This document shows, one piece after another, positions 1 to 11,176 of a stretch of DNA of 64,000 bases. Position 1 is the stretch's first letter. Every line of letters begins with the position of its first letter. This DNA comes from Pedobacter sp. (GTDB taxonomy: Bacteria; Desulfobacterota; Desulfuromonadia; Desulfuromonadales; Syntrophotaleaceae). The stretch is taken from NCBI GenBank assembly GCA_050253415.1, contig JBFWJC010000005.1, positions 96,001-160,000 of the forward strand. Reading direction: 5' to 3'. Both the position numbers and the translations under genes were made by a program. The notes beneath the pieces are model-generated. The model was not told the DNA's origin. It did not search any database and worked only from the letters and a program-made list of their open reading frames with translations.

Positions 1-498
1 GTTTTTGCGGGACAACTTCCCGTAGCCGATCTGCGCAGAGTTGCTGCTATTGTTCGTGAGCTGGGGGATGGGTTTCTTGCCATCAGTCGCGATCAGAACC
101 TGCTTGTATCCCTTGGTGCTGGAATTGATCCGGTACTATTGAAGGAGGCTCTCCAGGCTGCAGGATTGCTTAAACAGGAAAAAACTTTGCAGTGCCGTGC
201 TTGTCCCGGTAGTCATCTCTGCCCTAAGGGACTGGTGCCGACACGCGATGTTGCCCGTCGGCTTGATGCCATCCTGGGCGATAACAGTCGATCGCTGGAG
301 TGGGCCATTTCAGGGTGTCCCAATAGTTGCTCTCAACCGCAACTGGCCGATTTTGGGATTATTGGGGTTCGTAAGGGCAACGACGATAAAGAAGCGTTGT
401 ACGACCTGTACAAACGATCTGGTGAAGGTTTTGGCATGCCCATCCGTGAGAAACTGAGCCTTGATGAGCTTCTTAAGGTTGTGGCCGAATTCGGCTAG
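1..498 (+). CDS. Nitrite/sulfite reductase-family protein, C-terminal part (5' truncated by window)
   Basis: Frame 1 is open from base 1 (VFAGQLPVADL...ISRDQNLL). It carries CRACPGSHLC and SGCPNSCSQPQLADFGIIG siroheme/4Fe-4S motifs. Confidence 0.8.
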   Translation, partial: VFAGQLPVADLRRVAAIVRELGDGFLAISRDQNLLVSLGAGIDPVLLKEALQAAGLLKQEKTLQCRACPGSHLCPKGLVPTRDVARRLDAILGDNSRSLEWAISGCPNSCSQPQLADFGIIGVRKGNDDKEALYDLYKRSGEGFGMPIREKLSLDELLKVVAEFG

Positions 499-540
499 TC
501 TCGGCACGTAAATACTAAGCTAAACAGCTGTAGCCATAAC

Positions 541-591
541 AAACGATAAAACGCCTCCCTTTGTTCATAAAGGGGGGCGTTTTGTCGTTTT
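541..591. terminator. Intrinsic terminator hairpin
   Basis: Inverted repeat aaacgataaaacgcctccctt / aaggggggcgttttgtcgttt downstream of the stop at 498. Confidence 0.7.
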
Positions 592-774
592 AAGGCCTAA
601 GTGGTTATGTCCGCAAATAGCCATCTAGCTTAATATCTTTCCAGTATAATACCGTTATATTATTACGGGGCTATATGTAGTGACAAAAAAATAGCTAATT
701 CTAGTGATTTACAAAAACGTCAAAATAAGGATAATCAGGCAAAATTCAATGAAGTAAAAAGGAGTTCTATTATT

Positions 775-2322
775 ATGTGTGAAGATTTAATGGCGCGGAT
801 TCGTAAGGAGGATTTGTTTAAAAAGATCATGGATCCTGAAGATTGCATAAAGTTTTTCAAAAATGGCCAAAATCTCGGTTGGTCAGGTTTTACAACTGTT
901 GGTTATCCAAAAGCCGTTCCAATTGCGTTGGCAGAATTCGTAGAGAAAAACTCGCTGCAAGGGCAGTTAAAGTTCAATCTGTTCGTCGGTGCATCTGCCG
1001 GTACCGAAACAGAGGACCGCTGGGCTCGCAATAACATGATTGATCGCAGGTGGCCTTATGCCTCCGGACCAGCTTTGCGGAAAGGTGTTAATGACGGGAA
1101 AATACGCATGGGCGACAAGCACCTCTCCATGTTTGCCCAGGATCTGAAATATGGTTTTTATACGAGAGAAAATGGTGGACGTTTGGATATTGCCATCATT
1201 GAAGCATCGGCTATCGATGAGCACGGTAATATCATCCTGTCTGGTGCGGTAGGTGCCGCACCTGAAATTATCGACGTAGCCGATCGAGTCATCGTGGAAA
1301 TTAATACTGTGCTGCCATCCTTTGAAGGTATGCACGATATCGTGCCAACCGACCTGCCTCCTGCGCGACAGGTTATTCCGATTACGAATGTAAGGCAACG
1401 GGTTGGTACCCCTTATGTTTCGGTTGATGAAAGCAAAATCCTTGCGATTGTCGAATCCCGTCATAGGGATAACGGGGCCTCCTTGCCGGAAACTGACTCT
1501 ATTTCATCGACTATTGCCGGCCACATTATCGACTTTTTCTCAAACGAAGTCAGTGCCGGTCGGCTGCCAAGGAACCTTCTTCCGTTGCAGTCTGGGGTCG
1601 GAGGCATAGCGAATGCGGTGGTGGCTGGCTTGGTGTCTTCGCCGTTTGAAAACCTGACTGTTTTTACAGAAGTACTGCAGGACAGTTTCTTGCCGTTTAT
1701 TGATTCGGGAAAATGCGAATACCTCAACTGCACGTCGTTAACCTTGTCAAACAAGGGCTTTTCTCAATGGTGGGAACGATTCGAGTTTTACAAAGATAAA
1801 GTTTTACTGCGTCCCCAGCAAATTTCCAATAATCCTGAAGTCATACGACGGTTGGGCGTGATCGCCATGAACACACCCGTAGAGTTCGACATTTTCGGGC
1901 ATGCGAACTCAACGCATGTCGGCGGCACAAAGATGCTAAACGGTATTGGCGGATCCGGTGATTTCGAACGCAATGCCTATCTCTCGATCATGCACTGTCC
2001 TTCGGTACGCGGTACGGCTACCGATCCCCTCGGTATCTCCGGGGTAGTGCCAAAGGTGCCCCATTGCGACCATACGGAACATGATCTTGATGTGCTGGTA
2101 ACGGAGCAGGGGTTGGCTGATTTGCGGGGGCTATCTCCCTGGGACAGGGCGCGAGCTATCATCGACAATTGCGCGCATCCTGAATATCGGAGCTATCTGC
2201 ATGATTATCTTGATCGCGCCATCACGACTACAGGCGGGCATCATCAACCGCATCTATTGAGAGAGTGTTACAAAATTTATGAAAGCCTTGAAGAACATGG
2301 CACCATGAGGTTTTGGCGTTAG
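775..2322 (+). CDS. Succinyl-CoA:acetate CoA-transferase / acetyl-CoA hydrolase (Ach1 family)
   Basis: SGFT-GYPKAVP, LQSGVGGIANAV, EFDIFGHANSTH, GIGGSGDFERNA and VTEQGLADLRGL motifs. The start may be the ATG at 790. Confidence 0.92.
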   Translation: MCEDLMARIRKEDLFKKIMDPEDCIKFFKNGQNLGWSGFTTVGYPKAVPIALAEFVEKNSLQGQLKFNLFVGASAGTETEDRWARNNMIDRRWPYASGPALRKGVNDGKIRMGDKHLSMFAQDLKYGFYTRENGGRLDIAIIEASAIDEHGNIILSGAVGAAPEIIDVADRVIVEINTVLPSFEGMHDIVPTDLPPARQVIPITNVRQRVGTPYVSVDESKILAIVESRHRDNGASLPETDSISSTIAGHIIDFFSNEVSAGRLPRNLLPLQSGVGGIANAVVAGLVSSPFENLTVFTEVLQDSFLPFIDSGKCEYLNCTSLTLSNKGFSQWWERFEFYKDKVLLRPQQISNNPEVIRRLGVIAMNTPVEFDIFGHANSTHVGGTKMLNGIGGSGDFERNAYLSIMHCPSVRGTATDPLGISGVVPKVPHCDHTEHDLDVLVTEQGLADLRGLSPWDRARAIIDNCAHPEYRSYLHDYLDRAITTTGGHHQPHLLRECYKIYESLEEHGTMRFWR

Positions 2323-2379
2323 GGGCGTAACCTTTGTAGGATGAGTAACGGCGAACTACTTGCGATGGTGGAGAGTATT

Positions 2380-2970
2380 ATGACAGAAGTAAAACAGGGG
2401 AATCCTGCAGTAGTGGGGTTGGCAGGCTTTGGATTAACGACTCTTTTGTTGCAATTTCACAACCTTGGATGGTGTGGAACGGGAGTGGTGTTCTGCGGAG
2501 CCTTGGTGTTGGGTGGGGCAGCGCAGATGATTGCCGGTCTTCAGGAATTCAAGTGTGGCAATAATTTTGGTTACAGTGCATTTACGGTTTATGGAGCTTT
2601 CTGGATATCCCTTGGCCTTATCTGGCTGGTTCTCGACCTTCAGGGCAATCCTGATGCGTTCATTGGACCGCATCTGAAAGTAAGCCACTTGGATATAGGA
2701 TTTTTTCTTCTCGGGTTTACGCTATATACGGCCATTATGTGGTGTGCATCGCTTAAAATTCACGGCGCGATGGCTTTTACCTTCACGACATTGTTGCTCG
2801 GTTTCATCGGGCTCGATCTGGTTTTTTTATGCGGCCTGAAGGGAGTCATGACATGGACGGCTATCGATCTGATCGCCTGCGCACTGTCCGCCTGGTACAT
2901 GATGGCAGGTATCCTATTCACTCAGGTGGTTGGGAAACCGGTGTTGCCTATGGGGAAAGCCTGGCTCTGA
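2380..2970 (+). CDS. satP: Acetate uptake transporter (GPR1/FUN34/YaaH, SatP family)
   Basis: NPAVVGLAGFGLTT signature, GGAAQMIAG, AFTVYGAFW, and ~6 hydrophobic segments. It lies directly after the CoA-transferase. Confidence 0.88.
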   Translation: MTEVKQGNPAVVGLAGFGLTTLLLQFHNLGWCGTGVVFCGALVLGGAAQMIAGLQEFKCGNNFGYSAFTVYGAFWISLGLIWLVLDLQGNPDAFIGPHLKVSHLDIGFFLLGFTLYTAIMWCASLKIHGAMAFTFTTLLLGFIGLDLVFLCGLKGVMTWTAIDLIACALSAWYMMAGILFTQVVGKPVLPMGKAWL

Positions 2971-3095
2971 CCTGCCGTTGGAGTTTTGCTCGACGGTATT
3001 GCAAAAAATGCCTTAAAGGGCGAGCACGTAACATCCCTTTGAAGGTAGCCCCTCTGACCTAACCGTTAAGAGGCACTTAACGTGGTGGCCAATAT

Positions 3096-3137
3096 GAAAA
3101 AAAGAGCCTCCCTTGTTCTCAGGGGTGGCTCTTTTCT
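3096..3137. terminator. Bidirectional terminator between convergent genes
   Basis: aaaagagcctccct...ggggtggctctttt hairpin with A/T tails. Confidence 0.65.
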
Positions 3138-3207
3138 GTGCGCTGGTGACTGATAAATCCTTGATAATCTGATAGTCTTTTGCGCTATCTTATGTCGGGC
3201 AATCAGT

Positions 3208-4053
3208 CTATGCCCAATTCGCTGCCGCCAGCAGATCATTAATATCCGCCTCAATGATTTCAATTCCCATCCGGCCGCAGAAACGCACTGCTTTACGTGT
3301 CGGCTCTGGGATCAGCGCCCACTCCATTGTCGGCTGAGCAGCATCAGCGGCAATACCGGACATTATCATGCGCTCGGTATCCCGGCTAAAGGGAACACCT
3401 AGAAAGAGGTACTGTTTCTCTTTCCTGTACTGTTTAATGTAAGCGGGCAGGCCAAACCCGCTTCGAAGTTCGGTCAGGTAATCGACAAAGTCACAATCCG
3501 TTGCAACAAAGTGCGGTTCTGGGCTCGGTGAGCCTAATGGTTTGAACAGGATTGGCAACGTCTGGTCCATCGCTTCCTGGTCAATCTCGTTGTATTCGGT
3601 TCCGTCGTAGTGAAAGATCTTAAAGCGATAACCGGTGCTCTTAATATGAGCTACGCCCAATATCAAGTTGTGAGGCGCATCGGCATAACCGGCCTGCAAC
3701 AAAGTATCTCGGTTGATATCAATCATATAGGCAGGTTTTATAGATGACAGCCAGTCGTGGACCGGAGTACGAGTCCAGACATCCGGGCCATAACAGTCGG
3801 TCAAAAAACCAGGCACATAGGCAGGTCCGTTTTGTGTCTGCTGATGCATCGCCGCGCGGGAAAATTCATACATCAGCTCCGGAGCCATGGGCTCGCCATT
3901 GTTCATCGCCAGAATCAGGCTGTCGCTGTCAGCAGGAATGGGGCCGCCGGTTTCTTTATGAACCGAACCCTTCAAGGCATAGGGTCCGATATAGGGGATA
4001 ATCTGGTCAGCTTTTATGCCGCTGATAATGTCGCTAAGTATTGCCTGTGACAT
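3208..4053 (-). CDS. SIR2-like (SIR2_2) domain protein of the type often found near nif genes
   Basis: IIPYIGP N-terminus, IDINRD, LFKPLGS..P...FVATDCDFVDY and YLFLGVPF motifs resemble SIR2_2-like proteins. The nif association is recalled, not verified. Confidence 0.65.
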   Translation of the reverse strand: MSQAILSDIISGIKADQIIPYIGPYALKGSVHKETGGPIPADSDSLILAMNNGEPMAPELMYEFSRAAMHQQTQNGPAYVPGFLTDCYGPDVWTRTPVHDWLSSIKPAYMIDINRDTLLQAGYADAPHNLILGVAHIKSTGYRFKIFHYDGTEYNEIDQEAMDQTLPILFKPLGSPSPEPHFVATDCDFVDYLTELRSGFGLPAYIKQYRKEKQYLFLGVPFSRDTERMIMSGIAADAAQPTMEWALIPEPTRKAVRFCGRMGIEIIEADINDLLAAANWA

Positions 4054-4125
4054 GTTTACTCCTTGCGAAGTGAAAAATTGACAGGTGAGTCTCTAAAGGC
4101 AAAACATCCGGGAGCTGATTAAACG

Positions 4126-4180
4126 AAAAAACCGCGCCAATACGTTGTATACCAACAGTATAAACGCGGGCTTCTTTGCC
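4126..4180 (-). promoter_or_regulatory. ANTAR-type target hairpin overlapping an intrinsic terminator in the leader of the SIR2-like gene
   Basis: The minus strand reads GGC-AAAGAA-GCC (hexaloop with A1/G4) and runs into a CCGCG...CGCGG-TTTTTT terminator. Confidence 0.55.
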
Positions 4181-4534
4181 TTGCAGAAATTTGTGAATAG
4201 AGTCCAGTAAGTTAAGCCTGGAGACACCAAGCAGGAATCAGATATTACACTCTGTATAAGACGTCATTTTATATATGCCAAAATATGAATTGTTGCCGAC
4301 TTCTGAGAGATAAGCAGGACATCCTTAAAGACCCATGGTGGCACTAAGCCAACCGAGTGGTGTGATCCATGATCTCGACTAGCTCTCCCATAAAACCCCA
4401 AAATTTTGTATCTTCTAGTATTTTCTAGACGTCCTGGCATGTCAAAAGGTTTTTTGACCCAAAAGTTGTTTCGCACATTATTCGACTAGAAAAACGATGC
4501 TTTTCTGGGATTCTCTCAATTCCTGCATTACGAG

Positions 4535-4566
4535 AAACCCCGTCCGGATCGCCAGACGGGGTTTCA
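4535..4566 (-). terminator. Terminator downstream of cueR
   Basis: gaaaccccgtc/gacggggtttc inverted repeat. Confidence 0.6.
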
Positions 4567-4631
4567 GTGTTTTGGAACTGGTGATATTTGGGAGATACGG
4601 GGAGTCCGCCTTTTTGACCGAAGTTGTCGCC

Positions 4632-5045
4632 TCAGCTTTTGTTCTCTGCCAGATCATCGAGAATCGGACATTCCGGTCGGCTGTTGCCATGGCAGCGATC
4701 CGCCAGTTGTTGTAAGGTCTGTTTGAGGGCCTCCATCTCGGTGATCTTCTTTTCTAGCTCTGTGATCTGCTGGAGTGCGATTTTTTTCACATCACTGCTC
4801 GAACGTTCATGGTTGCGCCATAAGGCAAGGAGGTCGCGAATCCGCGAAACGGGGAAGCCGAGAGCGCGGGCGCTCTGGATGAACTTGAGGTCATGGACCT
4901 CTTTTGCCGAGTAAACCCGGTACCCGTTTTGCGCCCGGGTAACCGGGGCCAAGAGTCCGATTTGCTCATAGTACCGGACCATCTTGACCGAGACCCCGGA
5001 GATACGGGAGGTCTCGCCGATGGTGAATGTGCCTCTCTTATCCAT
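4632..5045 (-). CDS. cueR: Cu(I)-responsive MerR-family regulator
   Basis: MerR HTH ([24 protein letters not shown]) and C-terminal [12 protein letters not shown] metal loop. It overlaps the end of copA. Confidence 0.93.
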   Translation of the reverse strand: MDKRGTFTIGETSRISGVSVKMVRYYEQIGLLAPVTRAQNGYRVYSAKEVHDLKFIQSARALGFPVSRIRDLLALWRNHERSSSDVKKIALQQITELEKKITEMEALKQTLQQLADRCHGNSRPECPILDDLAENKS

Positions 5046-7542
5046 GAACCGCCTCCCGTCGGATTTCCGCCTTCATCGGCGGACGGAATCGCCTCAGCCG
5101 AAGGGCGTTGCCTAGAACGCAGACACTTGATGCCGACATGGCGATGGCGGCGAACACAGGGGAGAGCAGAACGCCAAAAGTGGGGTAGAATGCCCCGGCA
5201 GCAATCGGGATCAGGGCACTGTTATAGGCGAAGGCCCAGAAAAGATTCTGCTTTATATTGCGGATAGTCGCTCTGGAAAGAGCAATGGCGTTCGGCACGT
5301 TGCGAAGGTCCCCCGACATGAGGACGACATCGGCCGATTCCATGGCGATGTCGGTCCCCGTCCCGATAGCGATCCCGACATCGGCCTGGGCCAGTGCCGG
5401 AGCATCGTTGATCCCATCCCCGACAAAAACGACCTTACGGCCGTCCTTCTGCAATCCCTTGATTGCCTCGACCTTGCCTTCGGGAAGAACTTCGGCGACG
5501 ACCTCGTCGATCGCCAGGCGCCGGGCGATCGCTTCCGCCGTCCGGCGGTTGTCGCCAGTGATCATCGCCACCCGAAGGCCCGCTCTGTGCAGGGCTTCGA
5601 TAGCCGCCGCCGTCGAGTCCTTGATTGGATCGGCGACCGCCAGCACGGCGGCGAGGCGGCCGTCTATGGCGGCGTACAGCGGGGTTTTCCCCTCATCCCC
5701 CAGCCGTGCCGCCGTTTCGCCATAAGACCGCAGGTCGATGCCGAGACGCTTCATGTATCGGTCGGCGCCAACTTCGATCCGCCTGCCTTCGACTCGGGCG
5801 GAGATGCCGAGGCCGGGATGAGCATTGAAACCCTGCGCCTCGGCAAGGATCATACCGCGGTCTTGTGCGTCTTCCACTATGGCCTCGGCGATGGGATGCT
5901 CGGAAAGCTGCTCCGCCGAGGCGATCAATCGAAGTACTTCGTCCGACTCGCAGTCCTCGGCCGTTACAAAGTCCGTAAGCTCCGGCTGGCCCCGGGTCAG
6001 GGTGCCTGTTTTGTCCACGGCGATTACCTCGGCATCACGCATCGTCTGCAATGCCTCCCCCCTGCGGAAGAGTATTCCCATTTCAGCACCTTTGCCTGTG
6101 CCCACCATGATCGAGGTCGGGGTGGCGAGACCCATCGCGCAAGGACAGGCGATGATCAGGACGGCGACCGCGTTGACCAAGGCGTAGGTCAGTGCCGGAG
6201 CGGGGCCGAACAGCAGCCAGATGCCGAAGGTGACGAGCGCTGCGGTGATGATGACCGGCACGAACCAGGTGGTCACTCTGTCCACGAGGGCCTGAATCGG
6301 CAGCTTCGCCCCTTGCGCCTGTTCGACCATTCGGACGATCTGCGAAAGAAGCATGTCCGCTCCAACCTTTGTCGTACGGAAGGTGAAGCTGCCTGTCTTG
6401 TTGATGGTGGCGCCGACTACTAAGGCACCTTTTCCTTTGAGGCTCGGGATGGGCTCTCCGGTAACCATCGATTCATCAACATACGATTCCCCGTCCAGGA
6501 CTTCCCCATCCACCGGAATTTTTTCGCCAGGGCGAACGAGAACCGTATCCCCCACGCTCACATCTTCGATGGCGATCTCCATTTCCCCGTTGCCACGGAT
6601 TACCCGGGCCGTTTTGGCCTGCAACCGCATGAGGTGCTTGATCGCCTCGCTGGTGCGCCCCCTGGCAACTGCTTCCAAATAGCGGCCGAACAGAATCAGA
6701 GTAATGATGACAGCCGCCGCTTCGAAATAGACATGTACCGTCCCTGCCGGAAGGACGGCGGGGAAGAAGGTGGCCACCACCGAATAACCCCAGGCCGCCG
6801 AGGCGCCCAGCATGACGAGGGAGTTCATGTCGGGAGCGCCCCGCCGCAGGGCCGGCCACCCCTTGCTATAGAAACGCCATCCGGGCCCGAACTGCACGAT
6901 GGTGGCCAGGACGAAGAAGAGATAGTAGAGGTTGGCGCGGCCGACGGTGTCCAGCAGCCAGTGATGCAGGCCCGGGACGAAATGGGAGCCCATTTCGAGA
7001 GTGAACAGCGGAACGGTGAAGGTTGCCGCAACAATGGCCGCCCGCTTCAGGACGGCGACCTCGCGTTCCCGGGCCTCTCGCTCGCGGTCGGCGCGGTCCG
7101 GGGCCTGGCCGATCTCTTCGGCGCGGTAACCGAGTGTCCCGACGGCCTCGATGAATGTCGCGGGGGGGAGCGTGCCGAAAAGGGTGCGAACCGTCGCTTT
7201 CTCGGTGGCCATATTGACGGCGGCTTCAAATACGCCCGGGACGGCCTGGAGAGCCCGTTCAACGCGGCCGGCGCAGGAGGCACAGCTCATGCCGTCAATT
7301 TTCAGCTCGACCATATGCAGGGCAGGCTCGTAGCCGGACGCACGGATCGCATGCACGATGGCGGAGACATCCGTATGGCTTTCGGATAACTCAACCTGGG
7401 CGCGCTGCATGGCAAGGTTCACGGAAACCTTCAGCACCCCGGGCACGCTCCGGATGGCCTTTTCGACCCGTCCAACACAGGACGCGCAGTTCATTCCCTC
7501 AATCCCGAATTCTCCTGACCCGATTATTGTTGTAGGCGACAT
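5038..7542 (-). CDS. copA: Cu(I)-exporting P1B-type ATPase
   Basis: Two GMxCASC HMA domains, plus [24 protein letters not shown] and YN/MxxSS motifs. Confidence 0.96.
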   Translation of the reverse strand: MSPTTIIGSGEFGIEGMNCASCVGRVEKAIRSVPGVLKVSVNLAMQRAQVELSESHTDVSAIVHAIRASGYEPALHMVELKIDGMSCASCAGRVERALQAVPGVFEAAVNMATEKATVRTLFGTLPPATFIEAVGTLGYRAEEIGQAPDRADREREAREREVAVLKRAAIVAATFTVPLFTLEMGSHFVPGLHHWLLDTVGRANLYYLFFVLATIVQFGPGWRFYSKGWPALRRGAPDMNSLVMLGASAAWGYSVVATFFPAVLPAGTVHVYFEAAAVIITLILFGRYLEAVARGRTSEAIKHLMRLQAKTARVIRGNGEMEIAIEDVSVGDTVLVRPGEKIPVDGEVLDGESYVDESMVTGEPIPSLKGKGALVVGATINKTGSFTFRTTKVGADMLLSQIVRMVEQAQGAKLPIQALVDRVTTWFVPVIITAALVTFGIWLLFGPAPALTYALVNAVAVLIIACPCAMGLATPTSIMVGTGKGAEMGILFRRGEALQTMRDAEVIAVDKTGTLTRGQPELTDFVTAEDCESDEVLRLIASAEQLSEHPIAEAIVEDAQDRGMILAEAQGFNAHPGLGISARVEGRRIEVGADRYMKRLGIDLRSYGETAARLGDEGKTPLYAAIDGRLAAVLAVADPIKDSTAAAIEALHRAGLRVAMITGDNRRTAEAIARRLAIDEVVAEVLPEGKVEAIKGLQKDGRKVVFVGDGINDAPALAQADVGIAIGTGTDIAMESADVVLMSGDLRNVPNAIALSRATIRNIKQNLFWAFAYNSALIPIAAGAFYPTFGVLLSPVFAAIAMSASSVCVLGNALRLRRFRPPMKAEIRREAVHG

Positions 7543-7573
7543 GACCTCTCCTCTCGCATGTTAGTTTGGAGGG

Positions 7574-7604
7574 AAGATAAACCCTCCCACCATTGGAAGG
7601 TCAA
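7574..7604 (-). promoter_or_regulatory. CueR-type promoter/operator of copA
   Basis: The minus strand reads TTGACC-19 bp-TATCTT with the dyad ACCTTCC...GGGAGGGT, the classic MerR-family extended spacer. Confidence 0.85.
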
Positions 7605-7674
7605 GGGAAAAGTTCACCGGTTCTCTTGGTGAGCTTTTCCTGTGTGAGACCCTATCAAGACAGATTGCACCGAT

Positions 7675-7773
7675 TTGCAAGCAGGTTTGCTCGACAGAAA
7701 CAGGGTGCCTGCGTGGCGTTCGTTCGCCACTGTGTCGAACCGTTGGTGCCAGGCCAAGATGGCTGGCGACTTC
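7675..7773 (-). mobile_element. Short IS110-family transposase relic
   Basis: The translation EVASHLGLAPTVRHSGERTPR resembles the IS110 Transposase_20 motif (A/T)SYLGLxPxxxxSG. There is no full ORF. Confidence 0.4.
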
Positions 7774-8198
7774 ATCCTCCAACTTCCGCCATAAATCCAG
7801 CTCCCAGCCGATGGTCAGGGAACCGGTGTAATTCCTGTCACTATCCTCCTCAGCACCAACAGATGCGCCTGCTTCGACAGTCGGTTTTCTTGTACCTTGG
7901 GCTGACGATATTCGGCCCGGCAGATACGCAGGGTCAACTGGGTCTGTTGCAATCCAGGATTGGCTGCATGAGCCTCGGAAACCAGAGCCTCGATCTCAGG
8001 CGAACCGATCAGTTCACCAAAAATGGATGTCTTTTTGCCACCGTCGAGCCTGGTCCAGCTTTCAATTTGACTGCTTTCCTATCTGGCCTTGGCCAGGTGG
8101 TCCACATGCATTCCCGGATTGCAGGTAATTACCATCAAGGCCCCGAGGGGAAGCAGCGCCTTAATAAAAACAAAGGGTTGCAACATCGTTTTCTCCAT
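7774..8198 (-). pseudogene. N-terminal fragment of a TolC/OprM-family outer-membrane efflux protein
   Basis: Contains ELIGSPEIEALVSEAHAANPGLQQ and, after a frameshift near 7895, YTGSLTIGWELDLWRKL. There is an in-frame TAG at 8079-8081 and the gene is truncated. Confidence 0.65.
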
Positions 8199-9097
8199 TG
8201 ATCAAGCTGATTTCGGTTCTATGCCACCGTACCGAAATCAGCTTGACCTATTGTTAGCAGATGGAGGGTTAATAATTGGTTAAGGGGAAAATTGTGTACT
8301 GTGATTACTCTTCAGCGGAATGAGAACGTTTCTGAAAAATGATCGGGTGTCAGGATGACAAGAGTGTGGCCAAGGGCAGGTGGCAACAGTCCAATCAGTG
8401 GCGTAAAAGGACAGCGCCCCTGAAAAAGAAAACCATCGTGTCATTCTCCAAAGCTAAAACCGCCAAGCCTCGTGAAAGGAGAAGACGCAATGGTCGAATG
8501 CAGTGTAAAACTGCAGCACCATCTGGCTGGCCACAGTTGTATACTTGTCTTTGTATACTTGTCTAACAGGCGGTGTTCTGATGACAGTTTAAGTCAGGTT
8601 CGGCGCACTGGGCCGAAACATCCTTTCGCTAGATTCCAATATTTTCAGTTATCCAAATAGTTATCTCGTTTTTGCGTCTTGAACAAAAGAAGGTAAATAG
8701 CAGGGATATTGCAATTCCTCAATTCTAAGACACCAGCCGCCATCAAAAACGGCCCTCCAAGGAAGATACTGGTAGGGCCGTCTTTTTTTATGTCTCAGAA
8801 TGATTTTAGGCTGACTAAGGACTGCTTTTCTGTTTTTCTCAAAATCCCTGAGTAATAGGTACGGCCTGCCTGGTCTGCCAGGGGCCTTTGCATTTTAAAA
8901 TCTATCGTTGCTGTTAATTGACGCGCTTTGCCGATGAAGAAAGGTACTCACACGGGTAAAAGGTCGCTCCGGTCGAAGCCCTAACAAATTTCTTTTAAAA
9001 AGTCTTGCACGAAAGGCGCGACAGTAATATTACTAGCGTGAAAATTTTTCGGTGTCGATTTGCGTTTCCGTCAACCCCTACTTTCGAGATCCATAAA

Positions 9098-10774
9098 ATG
9101 ATTGAACCTTTTAAGATGGGCTACACCGTTCTGGGCGGACTCGGGATTTTTATCCTTGGAATGAAATTTCTGTCGGAAAGCCTGCAGATGCTTTCCGGAG
9201 GGCTGATCCGGAAGGCTATCTCTTCCGTCACCACCAATCGTATTCTGGCGGTGCTGGTCGGCCTGAGCGTCACCGCCTTCGTCCAATCTTCGTCCATTAC
9301 CACGGTTATGGTCGTCGGCCTGACCAACGCTGGCCTGATGCAGCTAAGTCAGGCGATCGGTGTCATCCTTGGTGCCAACATCGGAACCACCATTACGGGC
9401 TGGATTCTTGCCGTCAATATCGGCAAGTACGGCCTGCTGCTAGTCGGCATCGGTATCTTCCCGATGCTCTTCGTGAAAAATGAACGTATTTCGGGAATCG
9501 CCAAAGTTCTGGTTGCCCTGGGCATGATTTTTTTTGGTCTGGAGATCATGAGCGGGGCTTTCAAGCCGCTACGTGATGCCGAGGGCTTCAGGAACCTGAT
9601 GCTTATCCTCGATGCCCGATCGTTGCCGAGTCTTCTCGGCTGTGTCGCTATCGGCTGCCTGATGACCATGGTCATCCAGAGCAGTTCGGCGATGCTCGGC
9701 ATCACCATGGCCCTCGCTACGACCGGAGCCATACCTATGCAGACGGCCGTCGCCCTGGTACTGGGGGAGAATATCGGCACCACCATTACCGCCCAGCTCG
9801 CTGCCCTCGGCGGTACTTTTACTGCGCGGCGGGCCGCCATGGCCCACAGCATGTTCAATATTCTGGGGGTACTCGTTATTATCTCGTTCTTTTCTCCCTT
9901 TATGGGCATGGTCGAGACATTGGTCCCCGGCGCGGCCGATTACGTGAACAGTGCAGGGAGTCGGCCCTATATCGCTGCCCATATTGCCTTCGGTCACTCT
10001 TTTTTCAATATTGCGGCGACACTTATCATGCTGCCTTTTCTCCAATATCTGGAGAGGGTGGTTGTTAAAGTCGTGCCGGAGACCGGAAGGGCAGGAACGG
10101 GGCCATTCAAGTATATCGGTCCGCCCGGCAGCATGCCGGTGGCCATGGGAGTTTCGATGGTCCACGAGGAACTCAAACGGATGCAGGGAGATGTGCAAGA
10201 TGCCTTGCACCTTGTCGGTGACCTGTTGCAGCCGGACCTTAAGGGGCGGGATCGCTTTTACCAGAAGGTAAAAGCGATAGAAGAAGAGACCGATCTCATG
10301 CAGAAAGAAATCACTACCTTCACCGTCTCATTGATGCAAGCCGGCCAAGCTGGGCTGGACCAATCGGATCGGGCCTATGCGTACGTTCGCGCCGCAGACG
10401 AACTCGAATCGATTGCTGACTATGCGGTTTCGATCACCACCTATATGAAGCGGCTCGAAAAGAACGAACTCGATTTCAGCGAAGACGCCTGGCAAGACCT
10501 GAAAAACTTTCATGCCAAGGTTGTTGCTTTTTTCACTCTGGTAGAAAAGACCCTTCACAGCGAAACCAGCGACAGCATGATCGTCGTACGCGAGGAAGCT
10601 GGCCGACTCAACGAATTGGCCGACGAAATTCGCGACTCTCACCTTGGCCGAATGAAGGCCGGTTCTTGTGGGGCCTTGTCGGCTCTAATCTTTAGCGATA
10701 TGGCGATTGCCCTGCGCAGGATCAAGAACCATACCGTCAATCTCCACGAAGCGCTATCTTTGGAAGTCCAATGA
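9098..10774 (+). CDS. Na+/Pi cotransporter family protein with PhoU-like C-terminal domains
   Basis: Two QSSS repeats (VQSSSITT, IQSSSAML), GANIGTT and GENIGTT motifs, and a helical C-terminus with LESIADYA. Confidence 0.9.
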   Translation: MIEPFKMGYTVLGGLGIFILGMKFLSESLQMLSGGLIRKAISSVTTNRILAVLVGLSVTAFVQSSSITTVMVVGLTNAGLMQLSQAIGVILGANIGTTITGWILAVNIGKYGLLLVGIGIFPMLFVKNERISGIAKVLVALGMIFFGLEIMSGAFKPLRDAEGFRNLMLILDARSLPSLLGCVAIGCLMTMVIQSSSAMLGITMALATTGAIPMQTAVALVLGENIGTTITAQLAALGGTFTARRAAMAHSMFNILGVLVIISFFSPFMGMVETLVPGAADYVNSAGSRPYIAAHIAFGHSFFNIAATLIMLPFLQYLERVVVKVVPETGRAGTGPFKYIGPPGSMPVAMGVSMVHEELKRMQGDVQDALHLVGDLLQPDLKGRDRFYQKVKAIEEETDLMQKEITTFTVSLMQAGQAGLDQSDRAYAYVRAADELESIADYAVSITTYMKRLEKNELDFSEDAWQDLKNFHAKVVAFFTLVEKTLHSETSDSMIVVREEAGRLNELADEIRDSHLGRMKAGSCGALSALIFSDMAIALRRIKNHTVNLHEALSLEVQ

Positions 10775-11176
10775 CATTGAATTGGTGAAGAAGCGGTCCA
10801 GATGGGACCTTTCATGACTTTTCCACAATCCTTGCCAGATTGTTTGAGCGAGCCGCGGAAAGTCTTGTAATCCCTGCAATGCGAGAAAAGCCTGCCAAGT
10901 TTGCCTGGTGGGCTTTTTGTGTCTGATGGGTAGTGAATGGTCTAATTCGTATTCGCATGGTAGTTCCTTACTTTCTTTCGAAAATGAAAACGACATTCAA
11001 TTTCCTGTTGACCCATTCCTCAGCTTCTCCTAAAATGATCACGGTTTTCAATAAGGCGCAAGAACCGCCTGCGTGGTGGAATGGTCTACCACGGCACATA
11101 TTGGCGGATCAACGCTGCCAAAGACTTCGCGTAAGGAACCATTGGTGCCAGCTACGCTTAAAAAAGGAGGGTTAGC

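Noticed and set aside
3208..4053. SIR2 protein as an anti-phage defence effector
   Set aside because: No partner genes (ThsB, pAgo, HerA) are nearby, and the leader points to nitrogen regulation instead.
4124..4140. Sigma54 promoter-like TTGGCGCGG upstream of the SIR2-like gene
   Set aside because: There is no GC at -12, and the sequence is better explained as the terminator arm.
7593..8201. 202-aa plus-strand ORF
   Set aside because: It is antisense to the TolC/IS110 relics and has no motif or RBS.
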